A stretch of 64,000 nucleotides of DNA from an uncultured Spirochaetota bacterium (GCA_963768055.1 CAVYGN010000001.1:160001-224000); one strand, 5' to 3'; positions 10,335 to 21,695 are shown, counted from the stretch's first letter. Numbers and translations: made by a program. The notes: a model not told the origin generated them from the sequence alone.

Positions 10335-11042
10335 TTATAAGGCTTCTTTTATTATATTTGAAACGCGCTCAGGGAGGCCGCGCTTTTCATCTTCGGTCAA
10401 TCCTTCCGTTTTAATAGCGGGATGGATGGTAATAGTTACATGGGCAGGCCGGATCAAACCTTTTTCTTCGTAAATCTTATATGAGTCTTTGATTGAAACC
10501 GGGATGATCCGGGTATTCGAGAGTGTGGCAAGCCTGAAGCTTCCGCTTTTAAAAGTTCCCGGAACCGGGCCTTTGCTTCTATGGCCTTCAGGGAATATTA
10601 AAATCGAATACCCCTGACGAAGATTTTTAATTCCTTTTTCGATAGTATTGTAGGAATCGCGCAGGTTTTTCCTGTTTATAAATATTCCGTGGAGAAGTTT
10701 TATCCATATGTTCAAGACAGGTATGCGGCTGAGCTCGATCTTTGCAATGAAACCCAACATTTTTTTTATGAAAGAAAGAATGATAAAAATATCGAAAAAG
10801 CTCTGGTGGTTGGAGATGAAAACCGCGCTTTCCACAGGCACATTCCCGGCCCCTATTACTTCGAAGCTTGATCCGGTGCCGAGAAGCCCTATCCGGGCCC
10901 AAAGGGATACGTCCGCCTGGATGAATTTTTCCCAGGCTTTGTCACCTGTGAAATATCTTAGGATAAAGAATGGAATCAGGCTTATCCAGGAGAAAAAGAA
11001 AACTAAAAATATATGTAACGTGTAATATATAGTCCTGAACAT
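10335..11042 (-). CDS. plsC: 1-acyl-sn-glycerol-3-phosphate acyltransferase (start revised to ATG at 11042)
   Basis: NHQS..D and FPEG.RS motifs; GGAGG RBS precedes MFRTIYY. Confidence 0.85.
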   Translation of the reverse strand: MFRTIYYTLHIFLVFFFSWISLIPFFILRYFTGDKAWEKFIQADVSLWARIGLLGTGSSFEVIGAGNVPVESAVFISNHQSFFDIFIILSFIKKMLGFIAKIELSRIPVLNIWIKLLHGIFINRKNLRDSYNTIEKGIKNLRQGYSILIFPEGHRSKGPVPGTFKSGSFRLATLSNTRIIPVSIKDSYKIYEEKGLIRPAHVTITIHPAIKTEGLTEDEKRGLPERVSNIIKEAL

Positions 11043-11102
11043 CAGAACCTCCTGAATTAACGGTAGTATCCTACGTCCCTGATTAAAATATTGCAAATTT
11101 TT

Positions 11103-11160
11103 TAGGGCGTTTTTAAAATACCCTACGGGCACAAGCCCTTCGGATAGGAAGCCTCCCCTA
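11103..11160. repeat. Dispersed intergenic hairpin repeat, copy 1
   Basis: TAGGGCG..CCCTACGGGC..CCCTTCGGATAGGAA shared with 27036-27093 and 35443-35480. Confidence 0.65.
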
Positions 11161-11264
11161 TGCACAAGGGTGATATTCTTGGTTATTAAAACTGCCCTTA
11201 TGTTATTAGACAAATCGGGCCTTTTATTTTACAATAGTCTGTTTACAGTCTGTATTGGAGGAGC

Positions 11265-12134
11265 TTGGCAATGAATATTAAAGAGACGGTTTTTGAAGGC
11301 TTTAACGATTGTTTCGAACTTTCGGTAGGCAGCGAAAAAATGATTGTGACTGCAGGTTTCGGTCCGAGGATCCTTTATTACGGTTCCGGAGTGAGCGGAA
11401 ATATTTTATACGTAGATAAAAATCCTATGAAAAAGGAAAAAGGCTTCCGGAATTACGGCGGGCACAGGTTCTGGCTTGCGCCTGAAACGATTGTCACTGC
11501 GAGGGCCGATAACAATCCCTGTGAAGTGACCCGGAAAGACGGCTATTTAAAGGTTACCGCCTTAGACAGGGATTATCACCTGGAAAAAAGTCTTATAATC
11601 AGCGAGAAGAACGGCCGTTTCCAGGTAAAGCATATGGTGCTGAACACAGGGAAAATGGTCTATATGGCTTCTCTGTGGGGGCTGACCTGCGTAAGGGCGG
11701 ATTCCGGGACAATTTTTTTCCCATGGGCAAGCGTAGGGAACTGGAAGCTATGCAAAATAATATACTGGCAGAAATGGGCTAAACAAAAAACAAGCATAAA
11801 CAGCAGGCAGTACAAGCAGACGCCGGACCTTTTTCTTGTAAAACCGATAGGCAGGGTAGGCAAAATCGGGAGCACGGGGTATGAAGGGTTCATCGGCATA
11901 TCACAGAAAAATTATACGTTCATTAAAAAGTACGATTACATTTATTCCGCTAATTATCCTGACGACAATTGCTCAGTCGAAGTTTACACCTGCAAAAATT
12001 TTTCCGAACTTGAGACATTGAGCCCGATTTACATGCTTAACCCGGGTAAACCCATGACTCATACTGAGGAATGGGTCCTTGCCGGAAGGGCCGTCGATCC
12101 GGAAAACGGGGATGAAATAAGAAGCCTGCTGTAA
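11265..12134 (+). CDS. Conserved hypothetical protein (DUF4380/galactose-mutarotase-like)
   Basis: GPRIL, YGGHR.W.APE, YPD...VEVY...ELE.LSP motifs; GGAGG RBS. Confidence 0.6.
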   Translation: MAMNIKETVFEGFNDCFELSVGSEKMIVTAGFGPRILYYGSGVSGNILYVDKNPMKKEKGFRNYGGHRFWLAPETIVTARADNNPCEVTRKDGYLKVTALDRDYHLEKSLIISEKNGRFQVKHMVLNTGKMVYMASLWGLTCVRADSGTIFFPWASVGNWKLCKIIYWQKWAKQKTSINSRQYKQTPDLFLVKPIGRVGKIGSTGYEGFIGISQKNYTFIKKYDYIYSANYPDDNCSVEVYTCKNFSELETLSPIYMLNPGKPMTHTEEWVLAGRAVDPENGDEIRSLL

Positions 12135-12227
12135 GAGCTTTGGCAACGGATTGAAACAACAAATTTCACAGATATCGGTGAATCCTGACAGGAATTAATC
12201 GGTTGTAAATTTAAAAGGGGAAATGCC

Positions 12228-14366
12228 ATGGATTTTAACGAGGAATTTATCGGCGGGCTTTGTGTAAGTATTCCTGAGATAATTGATATCTTATCCGAGG
12301 AGTTCGGAATTGAAATATGGAAAGCCCGGTCGGTTGTTTCTCTGCTTAAAGAGGGGAATACCATCCCGTTTATTTCACGATACAGGAAAGAAGCCACCGG
12401 CTCGCTGGATGAAGTGCAGGTAAGAAATATTTCACACAGGCTTTCTTATCTTGAAAACCTCCAGGAGAGGCGGATAGAAGTGATCAGGGGGATATATTCT
12501 CAGGGAAGGTTAACGGAAGAGATTTATTCGAATATACAAAAATGCTGCATATTAAGCGAACTTGAAGAATTATATGCCCCGTATAAAAAGAAGAAAAAGA
12601 CCCGCGCAATGGCGGCTGTTGAAAAAGGGCTCCGGGGACTGGCCGATCTGATGGCGGCGGTCGCGGAAATTGAAAAAGAAGCACTGAAATATATCGACAT
12701 CGAAAAAGGGGTCAACAGCGCGGATGAAGCACTCAGGGGAGCGATGGATATACTGGCGGAAAGCTTTGCCCAGGATATCAATAACCGAAAGGTCTTGATG
12801 GAATTTATCAAGGCGGAGGGAGAGCTGGCTGTAAAGGGTAAAAAAGATAAAGACACGAGCGTTTTCAAAATGTATTATGACTACCGCGAACCCCTGTCGG
12901 AAATAAAGCCCCACAGGGTTCTCGCGATAAACAGGGGACTCCGGGAAGAGGAACTTGAAGTAAATATAGAATTTAATGAAGAAAAAGCGCTGAATATCAT
13001 GATTTCAAGATGTAAAATAGCCAATTCTTATCACAGCGCTGCAATTGAGGACTCTTTGAAAAGGCTCCTGATACCCTCGGTAACGAGGGAGGTAAGGGGC
13101 TTGCAAAGCGAAACCGCAGACAGCCATGGCATATCGATTTTTGCTGAAAATCTGAAAGGGCTGTTGATGCAGCCTCCCATAAAAAGAACCAGGGTTCTCG
13201 GGGTCGACCCCGGGATAAGGACGGGTACAAAAGCCGCTGCGCTTGATGAAAACGGCAAATACCTCGGTTATTTTTTATTTTTTCAGAATAAACAGGAAGA
13301 TTCTATAAAAGCCATTAAAGACGCTGTTGAGAAATACCGGGTGCAGCTCATAGCGATAGGCAACGGGACAGGTTCTCAGGAGGTCAGGGAAGTAACGGCG
13401 AGGGCCATTTCAGAATGCAACCTGCCTGTAGAATATACGGTTGTTTCCGAGGATGGGGCCTCGGTTTATTCGGCCTCGGATATCGCCATAGAAGAATTTT
13501 CAGATCTGGATCTGACGATACGGGGGGCTATTTCGATAGGGAGGAGGATCCAGGACCCTCTCGCGGAATTTGTCAAGATCGATCCAAGATCGATCGGTGT
13601 AGGGCTTTACCAGCATGATGTGAATCAGAAATCACTGGGCGAAAGCCTCAATGAAGTAGTTGAATCGGTTGTTAATAATGTGGGCGTTAACCTTAACACG
13701 GCCTCAAGCGCCCTTCTCAGGCACGTTTCGGGTATTTCCTCGACCCTTTCCAGGAACATAGTGGAATATCGGGATAATAAAGGGCTTATCCGTTCAAGGG
13801 AAGATCTGATGAATATCGCGGGTTTCGGGGAAAAAACTTTTCGGCAGGCTGCGGGTTTTCTCAAGGTTCCCGAGAGCCGGGAAAAACTGGATAATACCTG
13901 GGTGCATCCCGAGAATTACGGCGCCGCGAGGGAGATACTGGGGGAGATCAGGACCTTCGGGGAAATTTCAAGGGAAAAAAGTATAAAAATTAAGGAAAAA
14001 TTCGGGATCGGGGATGTGACAATAAAAGACATCATCGACGAATTGAATAAACCTAACCGGGACCCGCGCGAGGGATATCCTGCTCCGGTGCTTCAAAAAG
14101 AAGCGGTAAAATTCGAAGACCTTAAAAAAGGCATGCCGATCAGGGGAAAAGTTAAAAATGTAGTGGATTTCGGCGCATTTGTCGACATAGGAATTAAAGA
14201 AACCGCGCTCATACACATATCCCAATTCAGCGATAATTATGTCAAAAATCCTATGGATGTTTTAAAACTGGGCGACATAAAAGAATTCAAGATCATAGAT
14301 ATAGACCCGCTGAGGAAAAGGATCTCCCTTTCACTTAAGGGCAGTACTACTAAAAAGAAGGCCTGA
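12228..14366 (+). CDS. tex: Tex-family RNA-binding transcription accessory protein
   Basis: TIPFISRYRKEATG, DPG.RTG.K, IG.G.YQHD, HhH motif and C-terminal S1 domain. Confidence 0.93.
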   Translation: MDFNEEFIGGLCVSIPEIIDILSEEFGIEIWKARSVVSLLKEGNTIPFISRYRKEATGSLDEVQVRNISHRLSYLENLQERRIEVIRGIYSQGRLTEEIYSNIQKCCILSELEELYAPYKKKKKTRAMAAVEKGLRGLADLMAAVAEIEKEALKYIDIEKGVNSADEALRGAMDILAESFAQDINNRKVLMEFIKAEGELAVKGKKDKDTSVFKMYYDYREPLSEIKPHRVLAINRGLREEELEVNIEFNEEKALNIMISRCKIANSYHSAAIEDSLKRLLIPSVTREVRGLQSETADSHGISIFAENLKGLLMQPPIKRTRVLGVDPGIRTGTKAAALDENGKYLGYFLFFQNKQEDSIKAIKDAVEKYRVQLIAIGNGTGSQEVREVTARAISECNLPVEYTVVSEDGASVYSASDIAIEEFSDLDLTIRGAISIGRRIQDPLAEFVKIDPRSIGVGLYQHDVNQKSLGESLNEVVESVVNNVGVNLNTASSALLRHVSGISSTLSRNIVEYRDNKGLIRSREDLMNIAGFGEKTFRQAAGFLKVPESREKLDNTWVHPENYGAAREILGEIRTFGEISREKSIKIKEKFGIGDVTIKDIIDELNKPNRDPREGYPAPVLQKEAVKFEDLKKGMPIRGKVKNVVDFGAFVDIGIKETALIHISQFSDNYVKNPMDVLKLGDIKEFKIIDIDPLRKRISLSLKGSTTKKKA

Positions 14367-14371
14367 ACGAA

Positions 14372-15253
14372 TCATCTCCAGTTCCGCCCTGTTATTTTTA
14401 CCAGATACTCTCCGTATTGATTTTTCATAAAAGGTTTGGCTAGTTTCAATAATTCGTCTTTAGTAATATAGCCCAAAGAATAGGCTATTTCCTCTATGCA
14501 TGCAATCTTCAGGCCCTGCCTGTGTTCTATGGTTTCTACAAAGTTACCTGCCTCGAGAAGGCTTTCATGGGTGCCTGTATCGAGCCATGCCATGCCCCTC
14601 CCGAGTATTTCAACCTTTAATTCTCCCTGTTCCAGGTATACCCTGTTAAGATCGGTGATCTCAAGTTCGCCCCGTTTTGAGGGCTTCAGGTTTTTAGCTA
14701 TATCGGCTACCTTACCGTCATAAAAATACAAACCGGTTACCGCGTAATTAGACCTGGGCTTAACCGGCTTTTCTTCAATGCTGACTGCCCTGCATTCGGA
14801 ATCGAATTCGATTATACCGTATCTCCGGGGGTCATTTACATAGTATCCAAAAACGACAGCCCCCGACTTTATCATAGCGGCTTTCTTGAGGATTTCAGGT
14901 AAACTGTCACCATACAGAATGTTATCGCCAAGTATCAGACAGCAGGGTTTGCCGTCGATGAATTTTTCCCCGATTATAAACGCTTCGGCGATGCCGTTGG
15001 GTTCGTCCTGAGGAGCATAAGAAATATGAAGGCCCAGCTCTTCACCGTTATGCAGAAGTTCTTCGAATAATGGCTGGTCCTTTTTTCTCGATATTATCAG
15101 GATGTCCCGTATGCCTGAGAGCATCAGGATCGAAAGCGGATAATAAATAAGGGGTTTGTCGAAGACGGGCATAAGCTGTTTGGATACTGATTGTGTAAGA
15201 GGGAAAAGCCTTGTGCCATGCCCTCCGGCCAGAATAATTCCCTTCATTATCAA
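14372..15253 (-). CDS. rfbA: Glucose-1-phosphate thymidylyltransferase
   Basis: GIILAGG.GTRL.P.T..VSKQL.P, LGDN, WLDTGT. Confidence 0.95.
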   Translation of the reverse strand: MIMKGIILAGGHGTRLFPLTQSVSKQLMPVFDKPLIYYPLSILMLSGIRDILIISRKKDQPLFEELLHNGEELGLHISYAPQDEPNGIAEAFIIGEKFIDGKPCCLILGDNILYGDSLPEILKKAAMIKSGAVVFGYYVNDPRRYGIIEFDSECRAVSIEEKPVKPRSNYAVTGLYFYDGKVADIAKNLKPSKRGELEITDLNRVYLEQGELKVEILGRGMAWLDTGTHESLLEAGNFVETIEHRQGLKIACIEEIAYSLGYITKDELLKLAKPFMKNQYGEYLVKITGRNWR

Positions 15254-15783
15254 AAATCCTCCCTCTTTATTTGTCTTTTATATATTTCGCGGATATTGTA
15301 AAGTATATCTTTATACAAAGGCGTACGGTAATCGGGATAGGTCCAATCCCAATGACGCCATTCCCTGTCTTTAAAATAGAGGGTGATCTCTTCGTATATA
15401 CCGCCGCCCATATACAATCTGTGCTGCTGGTCCTTAGTAGTAGCCAGGACGAATTTACCCAGCTCAAGATAACCGGGATCCAGGTTGACAGGCCTGCTAT
15501 TTTTCTCGGACAGCTCCAATTCAATTTTATTCGAGGCTTTTTTTATTTGAATAAGTTCGGGAATTTCAATGAGGCGTTTAAAGGAAAAGAAAATCCTTCT
15601 TATCGAAGGCCCCATTTCTGCGGAATAATAATCCGTATAAGTGAACGGGAAGGATTCGCTTTTGAAATCCGTCTCCCCGAACAGGCCGGCGAGCCTTTCC
15701 CCGGCTTCCGACAGCTTGACTTCGTCTGAGAACAGAGCCGGAATGACCAGTTTCACTTTATTGTGAGGCAATTCAGCGCCCAT
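15250..15783 (-). CDS. DUF4416-family protein
   Basis: [26 protein letters not shown] motifs. Confidence 0.8.
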   Translation of the reverse strand: MGAELPHNKVKLVIPALFSDEVKLSEAGERLAGLFGETDFKSESFPFTYTDYYSAEMGPSIRRIFFSFKRLIEIPELIQIKKASNKIELELSEKNSRPVNLDPGYLELGKFVLATTKDQQHRLYMGGGIYEEITLYFKDREWRHWDWTYPDYRTPLYKDILYNIREIYKRQIKREDF

Positions 15784-15867
15784 TTTATTATCCTTGTGTG
15801 AAATCAGTATGTTTTATTTTAATGTTAAATAAGGGATTTCTCAATTAATCGGAACGTGGACGGCCCG

Positions 15868-15960
15868 GTCGGAAGTCCACAGTCTGCAGTCTACAGTTTT
15901 GCTGTCTTTGTTGTTGATTATATTATCGACTTTCGACTGCCGACTATTGACTGCCGACTC
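15868..15960. repeat. Heptamer-period inverted tandem repeat, copy A
   Basis: GTCGGAA GTCCACA GTCTGCA GTCTACA ... GACTTTC GACTGCC GACTATT GACTGCC GACT. Confidence 0.65.
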
Positions 15961-16048
15961 ACTAGTCCTATTCGTTGATTTTTTTACTTTTTTACCTTAC
16001 AATATTATATTTGAATATAGCTAAGGAAAGAGGGGTCGTTAAGTTTAA

Positions 16049-18079
16049 ATGAATTCAGATATTTTCTCGATTATTATAGATTATTCCATATTGCTTTTCC
16101 ATAAGTTCAACTTGTTCATCGTTAAAAAGAATTTTAAAGCCGATGCGAAGACCGCCGCGCAGTTAAAAAGCCAGGCATTTATAGTCCGCGAGCACTCAAT
16201 AAAGGAGATCAGGGGGACTATAGCCCGGTTTAATCCGTCGGCTGAGAAATTGACCTTCGAAGAAAAAAAAATAATACTTCTCCTGCTGGGGGCCAGCCTT
16301 TACGGCCAGAACGGCATAAATATATGGCAGGCTATGTGCTTTTTCCACAGGATACCGTTCCGGGCGATGAAGGCGGTCGGTCAAATCCTCGATCCTCATA
16401 GCGGCGTTTTGAAAAGCGGTATAATGATGTTTCAGGAAACGGATTTTCTCGGCGCTTCCCTGTCCATTGAGGAGATAGCGGAATTCTATAATAACAGGAA
16501 GGTTTTTCTTTCTCCCGTCGCGCTGAATTCACTCTTCAGCGACTTTACCGGGAAAAACCTTTACGGGGTAACCAACTATACTCTTTCAGAAAAATATAAG
16601 AATATCGATATTCTTCTTAACGACATATCGAGCATAATGAAATATCTGTTCTTTCTATCTAATTTTTACAAGGTAAATTCCGCCTATTCTTCCTCCCGGG
16701 ATGATATCTATGAGAACGGCGAATTTGCGGAGACTTTGAGAAAATTCAGGAAAAATATAATAAGTTCCGGATTGAAGATCAATTTGAAAAATTTTCTCAA
16801 AAAAAACAACTTTACCAATATTGAATTTATCGTACTTCTATATTTCATTTATAAAGTAGTCATCATGAAGGAATTCATGATAAACAGCGTGGAGGAGGTC
16901 CTTACCAGCCTCGCGTTCATCCCCTCGCAGATAAAGATGATACTCGGCTGTTTCAGCAGGGACAACGTGTTTTTAAGGGAAAAATTTATAGATGTCGCGG
17001 ATTTTTATCCGGGCATCCCCTTCGGCGACGGGCCCGATGAAGAAATTGAAAATGAAAAGCAGGATGAAGACGAATACCAGATTATCGGTTTTACCCAGGA
17101 ATACAATGCGATTTCCATATCGAAGGATAAGATATATTATCTACTCTTTTCCGAACAGGACGCTAAAAAGAAGAGGACCGGGGCGGATGATAAAAACAGG
17201 ATCAGGGACAAAAAGGAAAACGGGCCCGAATTCCAAAAAAACAGGGGCTTATTCGAACTCGTGGAGCCGGTTGTCAGGATAAGCGACGTAATTCTTGACG
17301 AAGATGTTAAGAAAGAACTTTTAGGCGCGGTTGACCTTGCAAAGGCTTCTGAAATGATGAAGAAGTGGGGGATCAAGCCGAACCTGGCTTCAAAGTCCTT
17401 CGGTTCCGTCAAGATACTGCTCTACGGGCCGTCCGGAACCGGGAAAACTATTACAGCGCAGGCCCTGGCGGGGGAGGTCGGCGCCGATCTTTTCAAAGTT
17501 GACGCAAGCAATCTTGTAAGCTCATGGGTTGGCGAAAGCACGAAAAACGTTAAAAAGGTTTTCAGGGAATTCTATAAATACGCTAAAATATCAAAGAGAA
17601 AAACATTTCTGTTCATGAATGAGGCTGACCAGCTTTTAAGCGCTCGCGGTACGATTACGCAAGCCGCCGATAAAGAGTATAACCAGATGCAGAACATACT
17701 CCTTGAGGAATTGGAAAATTTCGACGGGGTATTTCTTGCGACTACAAACCTGGCCGATCTCTTCGATACGGCATGGAACAGGAGATTTAATATTAAGATC
17801 AGGTTTGACGTGCCGAAATTTGAAACGCGATTAAAATTATGGAAAGTTCATATATCGGAAAAGATGCCGCTCGGCGATGATGTGAATTTCGAAAAACTTG
17901 CCGACTTTGAGCTTGCCGGTGGCTCTATCGCAAATGTGATCTACAATGCCGCAAGAAAAGCCGCCTTGAGGGACAACCTCGACAGAATAGTCAGGCAGAA
18001 AGATTTTATCGACGCGATACAAAACGAGCTTAAATCCCATCTCGGCATCAAAAACTCAAAGGTGGGTTTCTCTCAGTGA
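16049..18079 (+). CDS. AAA+ ATPase with a long N-terminal domain
   Basis: GPSGTGKT Walker A, FMNEAD Walker B variant, ATTN..D.A..RRF. Confidence 0.85.
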   Translation: MNSDIFSIIIDYSILLFHKFNLFIVKKNFKADAKTAAQLKSQAFIVREHSIKEIRGTIARFNPSAEKLTFEEKKIILLLLGASLYGQNGINIWQAMCFFHRIPFRAMKAVGQILDPHSGVLKSGIMMFQETDFLGASLSIEEIAEFYNNRKVFLSPVALNSLFSDFTGKNLYGVTNYTLSEKYKNIDILLNDISSIMKYLFFLSNFYKVNSAYSSSRDDIYENGEFAETLRKFRKNIISSGLKINLKNFLKKNNFTNIEFIVLLYFIYKVVIMKEFMINSVEEVLTSLAFIPSQIKMILGCFSRDNVFLREKFIDVADFYPGIPFGDGPDEEIENEKQDEDEYQIIGFTQEYNAISISKDKIYYLLFSEQDAKKKRTGADDKNRIRDKKENGPEFQKNRGLFELVEPVVRISDVILDEDVKKELLGAVDLAKASEMMKKWGIKPNLASKSFGSVKILLYGPSGTGKTITAQALAGEVGADLFKVDASNLVSSWVGESTKNVKKVFREFYKYAKISKRKTFLFMNEADQLLSARGTITQAADKEYNQMQNILLEELENFDGVFLATTNLADLFDTAWNRRFNIKIRFDVPKFETRLKLWKVHISEKMPLGDDVNFEKLADFELAGGSIANVIYNAARKAALRDNLDRIVRQKDFIDAIQNELKSHLGIKNSKVGFSQ

Positions 18080-18200
18080 AAATCCCGCAGACACGCCCTG
18101 GGTTTTTTGCGTTTTTTCCTCACCTTGAGCACAATATTTCCAAACGGAAATTATAAAAGTTTCTATCAGTTAACCAAAATCATTTTTAAGGAGCCGGGAA

Positions 18201-19949
18201 ATGTCTGAAAGAGAAAACTTTGTAGCAAAAAAGATCGAAAGCATGAGCTTGGCCGAAAAAGTGGGACAGCTCTTAACATTTACTTGGCGCGGCGCAATAC
18301 TAACACCGAGTTGTATCGAACAAATCACGAAATTAAATGCAGGCGGACTTTGTCTGGAACCGTACACACAGGAAACCTTCAAAAACCTTTACTGGGGGAA
18401 TTCCCAATACGATAAGACCTTTAAAAAACCTGCCGATTATTTCACGATCGCTCTTACTTATTTTGATCCTCACAATAACGGGATCAGTGTAACACCGGAA
18501 GAACTGACCGAGGCTCTGAATAAAGTACAGAAAATCGCTATGAACAGGCCTTCCGGGATTCCGCTGCACGTTACTATAGATTTTGAAGGTGATTTTAAAA
18601 ACGATTACACCTCGGGCGGGATAAGACAGTTTATCTCAAACATGGGACTCACAGCAATCGGTGATCCGGAGCTTACTTACAAGGTCGGCCTGACCATTGC
18701 TAGGCAATTGAGCGCTATCGGAGTGACGCAGATGTATTCCCCGGTATGCGATGTAAATATCAATCCTAAAAATCCCGAAATCGGCATCAGATCCTTCGGC
18801 GACGACCCGAAGAAGTGCGCGGAGCATGTAACCGCGATAGTAAAGGGTTACCAGGACGGCGGCATAGCAGCGACAGCGAAGCATTATCCCGGCAGAGGGG
18901 ATTCCGCGACAGACGCGCACGACGTGCTCGATCGCTGCAAGGGCGATAAAAAGAGAATGAATGAGGTCGAATTAGTTCCCTTTAAAGCCGCCATAGCGGC
19001 AGGAACGAAGGCAGTTATGACCGCGCATACCGTATATCCGGCTTATGATGAAGAATACCCTGCCACCTTATCAAGGAAAATTCTCACCGACCTCTTGAAG
19101 GGTGAATTGGGATTTAATGGTGTAATAGTTTCGGACGCGATCGGCATGGCCGCCATTCTCAAGAAATGGCCGCTTCCCAGGGCCTGCGTAATGGCTATAA
19201 AAGCGGGCGTGGATACGATTCTTTTAAAGGCGGACGATGAATCTCGCGTGCAATGTTTTTTCGGAATCAAGATGGCGGTAGAGTCCGGCGAGATACCGAT
19301 GGAAAGGCTAAATGATGCGGTAAGACGTCTCCTTATCATGAAATACGACCAGGGCTTATTTGAAAAAGCAGGCAAAGGGGATCCGAAAAAAACCAGTTCC
19401 ATAGCGAGAAGCAAGGAAGTCATCGATTTTTCGTGGGAAGTAGCGGGAAAGGCCCTTCTGGTCATTCGCGATGATAAAAAGATATTGCCGCTTAAGAAAG
19501 AAAAGAAAATACTTGTTATCGAGCAGTGTATCCCCTACGAATTCCTCGGCAAGGATATGTACAGCCATCCCCACATGTTTTGCGAGGCCATGACCGCTCA
19601 ATACTCAAACCTGATTCTGGATGATACGCAATTCCATGCCACAGATGAAGATGTTGCCGAAGCCCTGGAACTCGCAAAGCAGGCGGACCTGGTAGTCATG
19701 ACCAATTATTTCGCACGCATCGAGAAAAGGGGAAACAACCAGCATCTGGTTAAAAAATTAAAAGAAGCAGGACATACGGTAGTTGTCGTGACCAACTATC
19801 CGTATATTGAAGGAACCACTAAAGAGGCAGATGCGGTAGTCTGCAATTTCAGCGCTTCACCCGATTCGATAAGGATCTCTGCGGATCTCCTTTTCGGAAC
19901 GGTCAAAACTTCACCTTCAACCAAAATGCCCATAAGGATAGGTGTTTAA
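18201..19949 (+). CDS. Glycoside hydrolase family 3 (beta-N-acetylhexosaminidase-like)
   Basis: D.EG, IGIRSFG, KHYPGRG....DAH, MTAH, VSDAIGM. Confidence 0.88.
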   Translation: MSERENFVAKKIESMSLAEKVGQLLTFTWRGAILTPSCIEQITKLNAGGLCLEPYTQETFKNLYWGNSQYDKTFKKPADYFTIALTYFDPHNNGISVTPEELTEALNKVQKIAMNRPSGIPLHVTIDFEGDFKNDYTSGGIRQFISNMGLTAIGDPELTYKVGLTIARQLSAIGVTQMYSPVCDVNINPKNPEIGIRSFGDDPKKCAEHVTAIVKGYQDGGIAATAKHYPGRGDSATDAHDVLDRCKGDKKRMNEVELVPFKAAIAAGTKAVMTAHTVYPAYDEEYPATLSRKILTDLLKGELGFNGVIVSDAIGMAAILKKWPLPRACVMAIKAGVDTILLKADDESRVQCFFGIKMAVESGEIPMERLNDAVRRLLIMKYDQGLFEKAGKGDPKKTSSIARSKEVIDFSWEVAGKALLVIRDDKKILPLKKEKKILVIEQCIPYEFLGKDMYSHPHMFCEAMTAQYSNLILDDTQFHATDEDVAEALELAKQADLVVMTNYFARIEKRGNNQHLVKKLKEAGHTVVVVTNYPYIEGTTKEADAVVCNFSASPDSIRISADLLFGTVKTSPSTKMPIRIGV

Positions 19950-20838
19950 TGTGGTTTACGACATCACGTTCATAGGGCACATGTGCTATGATGAGATAAT
20001 TCCCTTCGGTGGAAAACCCCTCGTTGCCCCCGGCAGCGCGGTATTATGCGGCGCCATGGTCGGTGCGAGGATCGGAAAACGGATAGCGGCGGTAGTAAAG
20101 ATGTCGCCTGAAGACGAGAACATTCTGGAGCCGCTAAAAAAAGCAGGAGTCGATATATACCTCATTCCGTCGGGCGTGACTACGTATTCAAGGGTCCTGC
20201 ATGAATCGGAAAACGTCGATCTGCGCAAACTCACGATCGTCAGAACCGCGGGCATCATATCGATTAACGATGTTCCGCGGCTTGAATCAAAATGCATTCA
20301 TCTGGCGGGTATTTCCGATTCCGAATTCGATATGCACCTCATGGAAGGCCTCGCAGCAAGGGGATATAGCCTGTCCGCGGATATGCAGAGTTTTGTCCGG
20401 CAGATAACGCCCGGTACTAACGAGATTATATTCGGTGATGTAAAGAATAAAAAAGAAATCTTCGGACTCTCGGATAAAGTTAAGCTGGATATAGTGGAGG
20501 CGAAGATACTGACCGGAACGGACAACCTCGAGCAGGCAGCGGTCATCATGGAAGAATGGAGCGGCCGCCCTGAAATAATAATTACTCATTCCCAAGGCGT
20601 TCTGGCAAGAGTGAAAGGAAAAACGTATTATGAGAAGTTTTCGAACAGAAGCGTCGTGGGCAGGACAGGTAGAGGAGATACGACCTTTGCGGCTTATCTT
20701 TCCTGGAGACTGGAGCATGACGTGGCAGAATCCCTGAAGTTTTCGGCGGCTCTCGTATCGATTAAAATGGAAAGCACCGGACCTTTTAAGGGAACGCTCG
20801 CAGATGTTATGCATAGAATAAAGGAAAGTCATTCGTGA
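19942..20838 (+). CDS. PfkB/ribokinase-family sugar kinase
   Basis: C-terminal GRTGRGDT anion-hole variant; overlaps the GH3 stop codon. Confidence 0.75.
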   Translation: MFNVVYDITFIGHMCYDEIIPFGGKPLVAPGSAVLCGAMVGARIGKRIAAVVKMSPEDENILEPLKKAGVDIYLIPSGVTTYSRVLHESENVDLRKLTIVRTAGIISINDVPRLESKCIHLAGISDSEFDMHLMEGLAARGYSLSADMQSFVRQITPGTNEIIFGDVKNKKEIFGLSDKVKLDIVEAKILTGTDNLEQAAVIMEEWSGRPEIIITHSQGVLARVKGKTYYEKFSNRSVVGRTGRGDTTFAAYLSWRLEHDVAESLKFSAALVSIKMESTGPFKGTLADVMHRIKESHS

Positions 20839-20898
20839 TGTAACGGGTATATAATAAATATGATAACAGGTCTCGCGATAGATAAAAGTCAATCTAAG

Positions 20899-21513
20899 TT
20901 AAATAACTTCAGTTCTGACAATTTTGCCAATTTCTGGTATATCTTCTAGAGGTTGTATTATTCTAAGACCAATATTTGTAAAAGGGCTATAATTAATTTT
21001 TTTAAAAATATCCGGATCAATTATTATTTGGTTACTTTCAGCAATCGAGCAGTATTTTGCTGCAATATTAACCCTGTCACCCACATAATCCTCTGATAAT
21101 GCAGGTAAATTAAATCTATGCCCTCTTCCATAACTTATTCCCATTCCAACAGTAATATCACTTGATCCTCTAATAGTTGTTTCTTTCATTTCATGATTAA
21201 ATCTATTAATATAATCAACACACTTTTTTATTGTGTTCTTTAATTCTAGAATTAAATTACCTGGTTTATCTAATTCATATTCATCAACTGAAAAAAAACC
21301 ATCACCCAAAAATTTTACAATTCCGGTAGGGCAAACATATTGACGATCTCCTACATTCAGAACATAATTACCAAAAACATCGATTGCTACAGAATATAGT
21401 ATATTCAACATATCGGCAATATCCATTTGATTGTCTTTTGACCAAGGCGTAAATTCCCTAACATCACAAAAAGTAAAAATAGCTGAAATATTAGTAAAGT
21501 TTTCTAGTTTCAA
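20899..21513 (-). CDS. Stand-alone class III adenylate/guanylate cyclase-like protein
   Basis: FCDVREFT, VKFLGDG, GMGISYG, DYVGDRVNIAA; TTG start after AAGGAG; AT-rich. Confidence 0.75.
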   Translation of the reverse strand: MKLENFTNISAIFTFCDVREFTPWSKDNQMDIADMLNILYSVAIDVFGNYVLNVGDRQYVCPTGIVKFLGDGFFSVDEYELDKPGNLILELKNTIKKCVDYINRFNHEMKETTIRGSSDITVGMGISYGRGHRFNLPALSEDYVGDRVNIAAKYCSIAESNQIIIDPDIFKKINYSPFTNIGLRIIQPLEDIPEIGKIVRTEVI

Positions 21514-21666
21514 ACATTATCTCCTTTTATATATTTCCTCTTAACATATTGAAATGAAAATAATATTTTGTCAAAATTCGTCCATATAGGATACGAAATA
21601 AAGTGCAGAATTTCCATCTTTATTCGTTTTTAGGGATGTTATACTCCTATTCTTTTAATGTGCCAT

Positions 21667-21695
21667 TTGACAACAAATAATTAATGACATATAAT
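21667..21695 (+). promoter_or_regulatory. Consensus sigma70 promoter
   Basis: TTGACA, 17 nt, TATAAT upstream of the 21728 ORF. Confidence 0.7.

Noticed and set aside
11043..11213. N-terminal extension of plsC in the ORF track
   Set aside because: It spans an intergenic repeat, and a GGAGG RBS supports the ATG at 11042.
21538..21643. Possible integron attC site (TAACAT...ATGTTA) before the cyclase gene
   Set aside because: The internal hairpin is not centred, no L boxes are evident, and there is no second attC or integron integrase.
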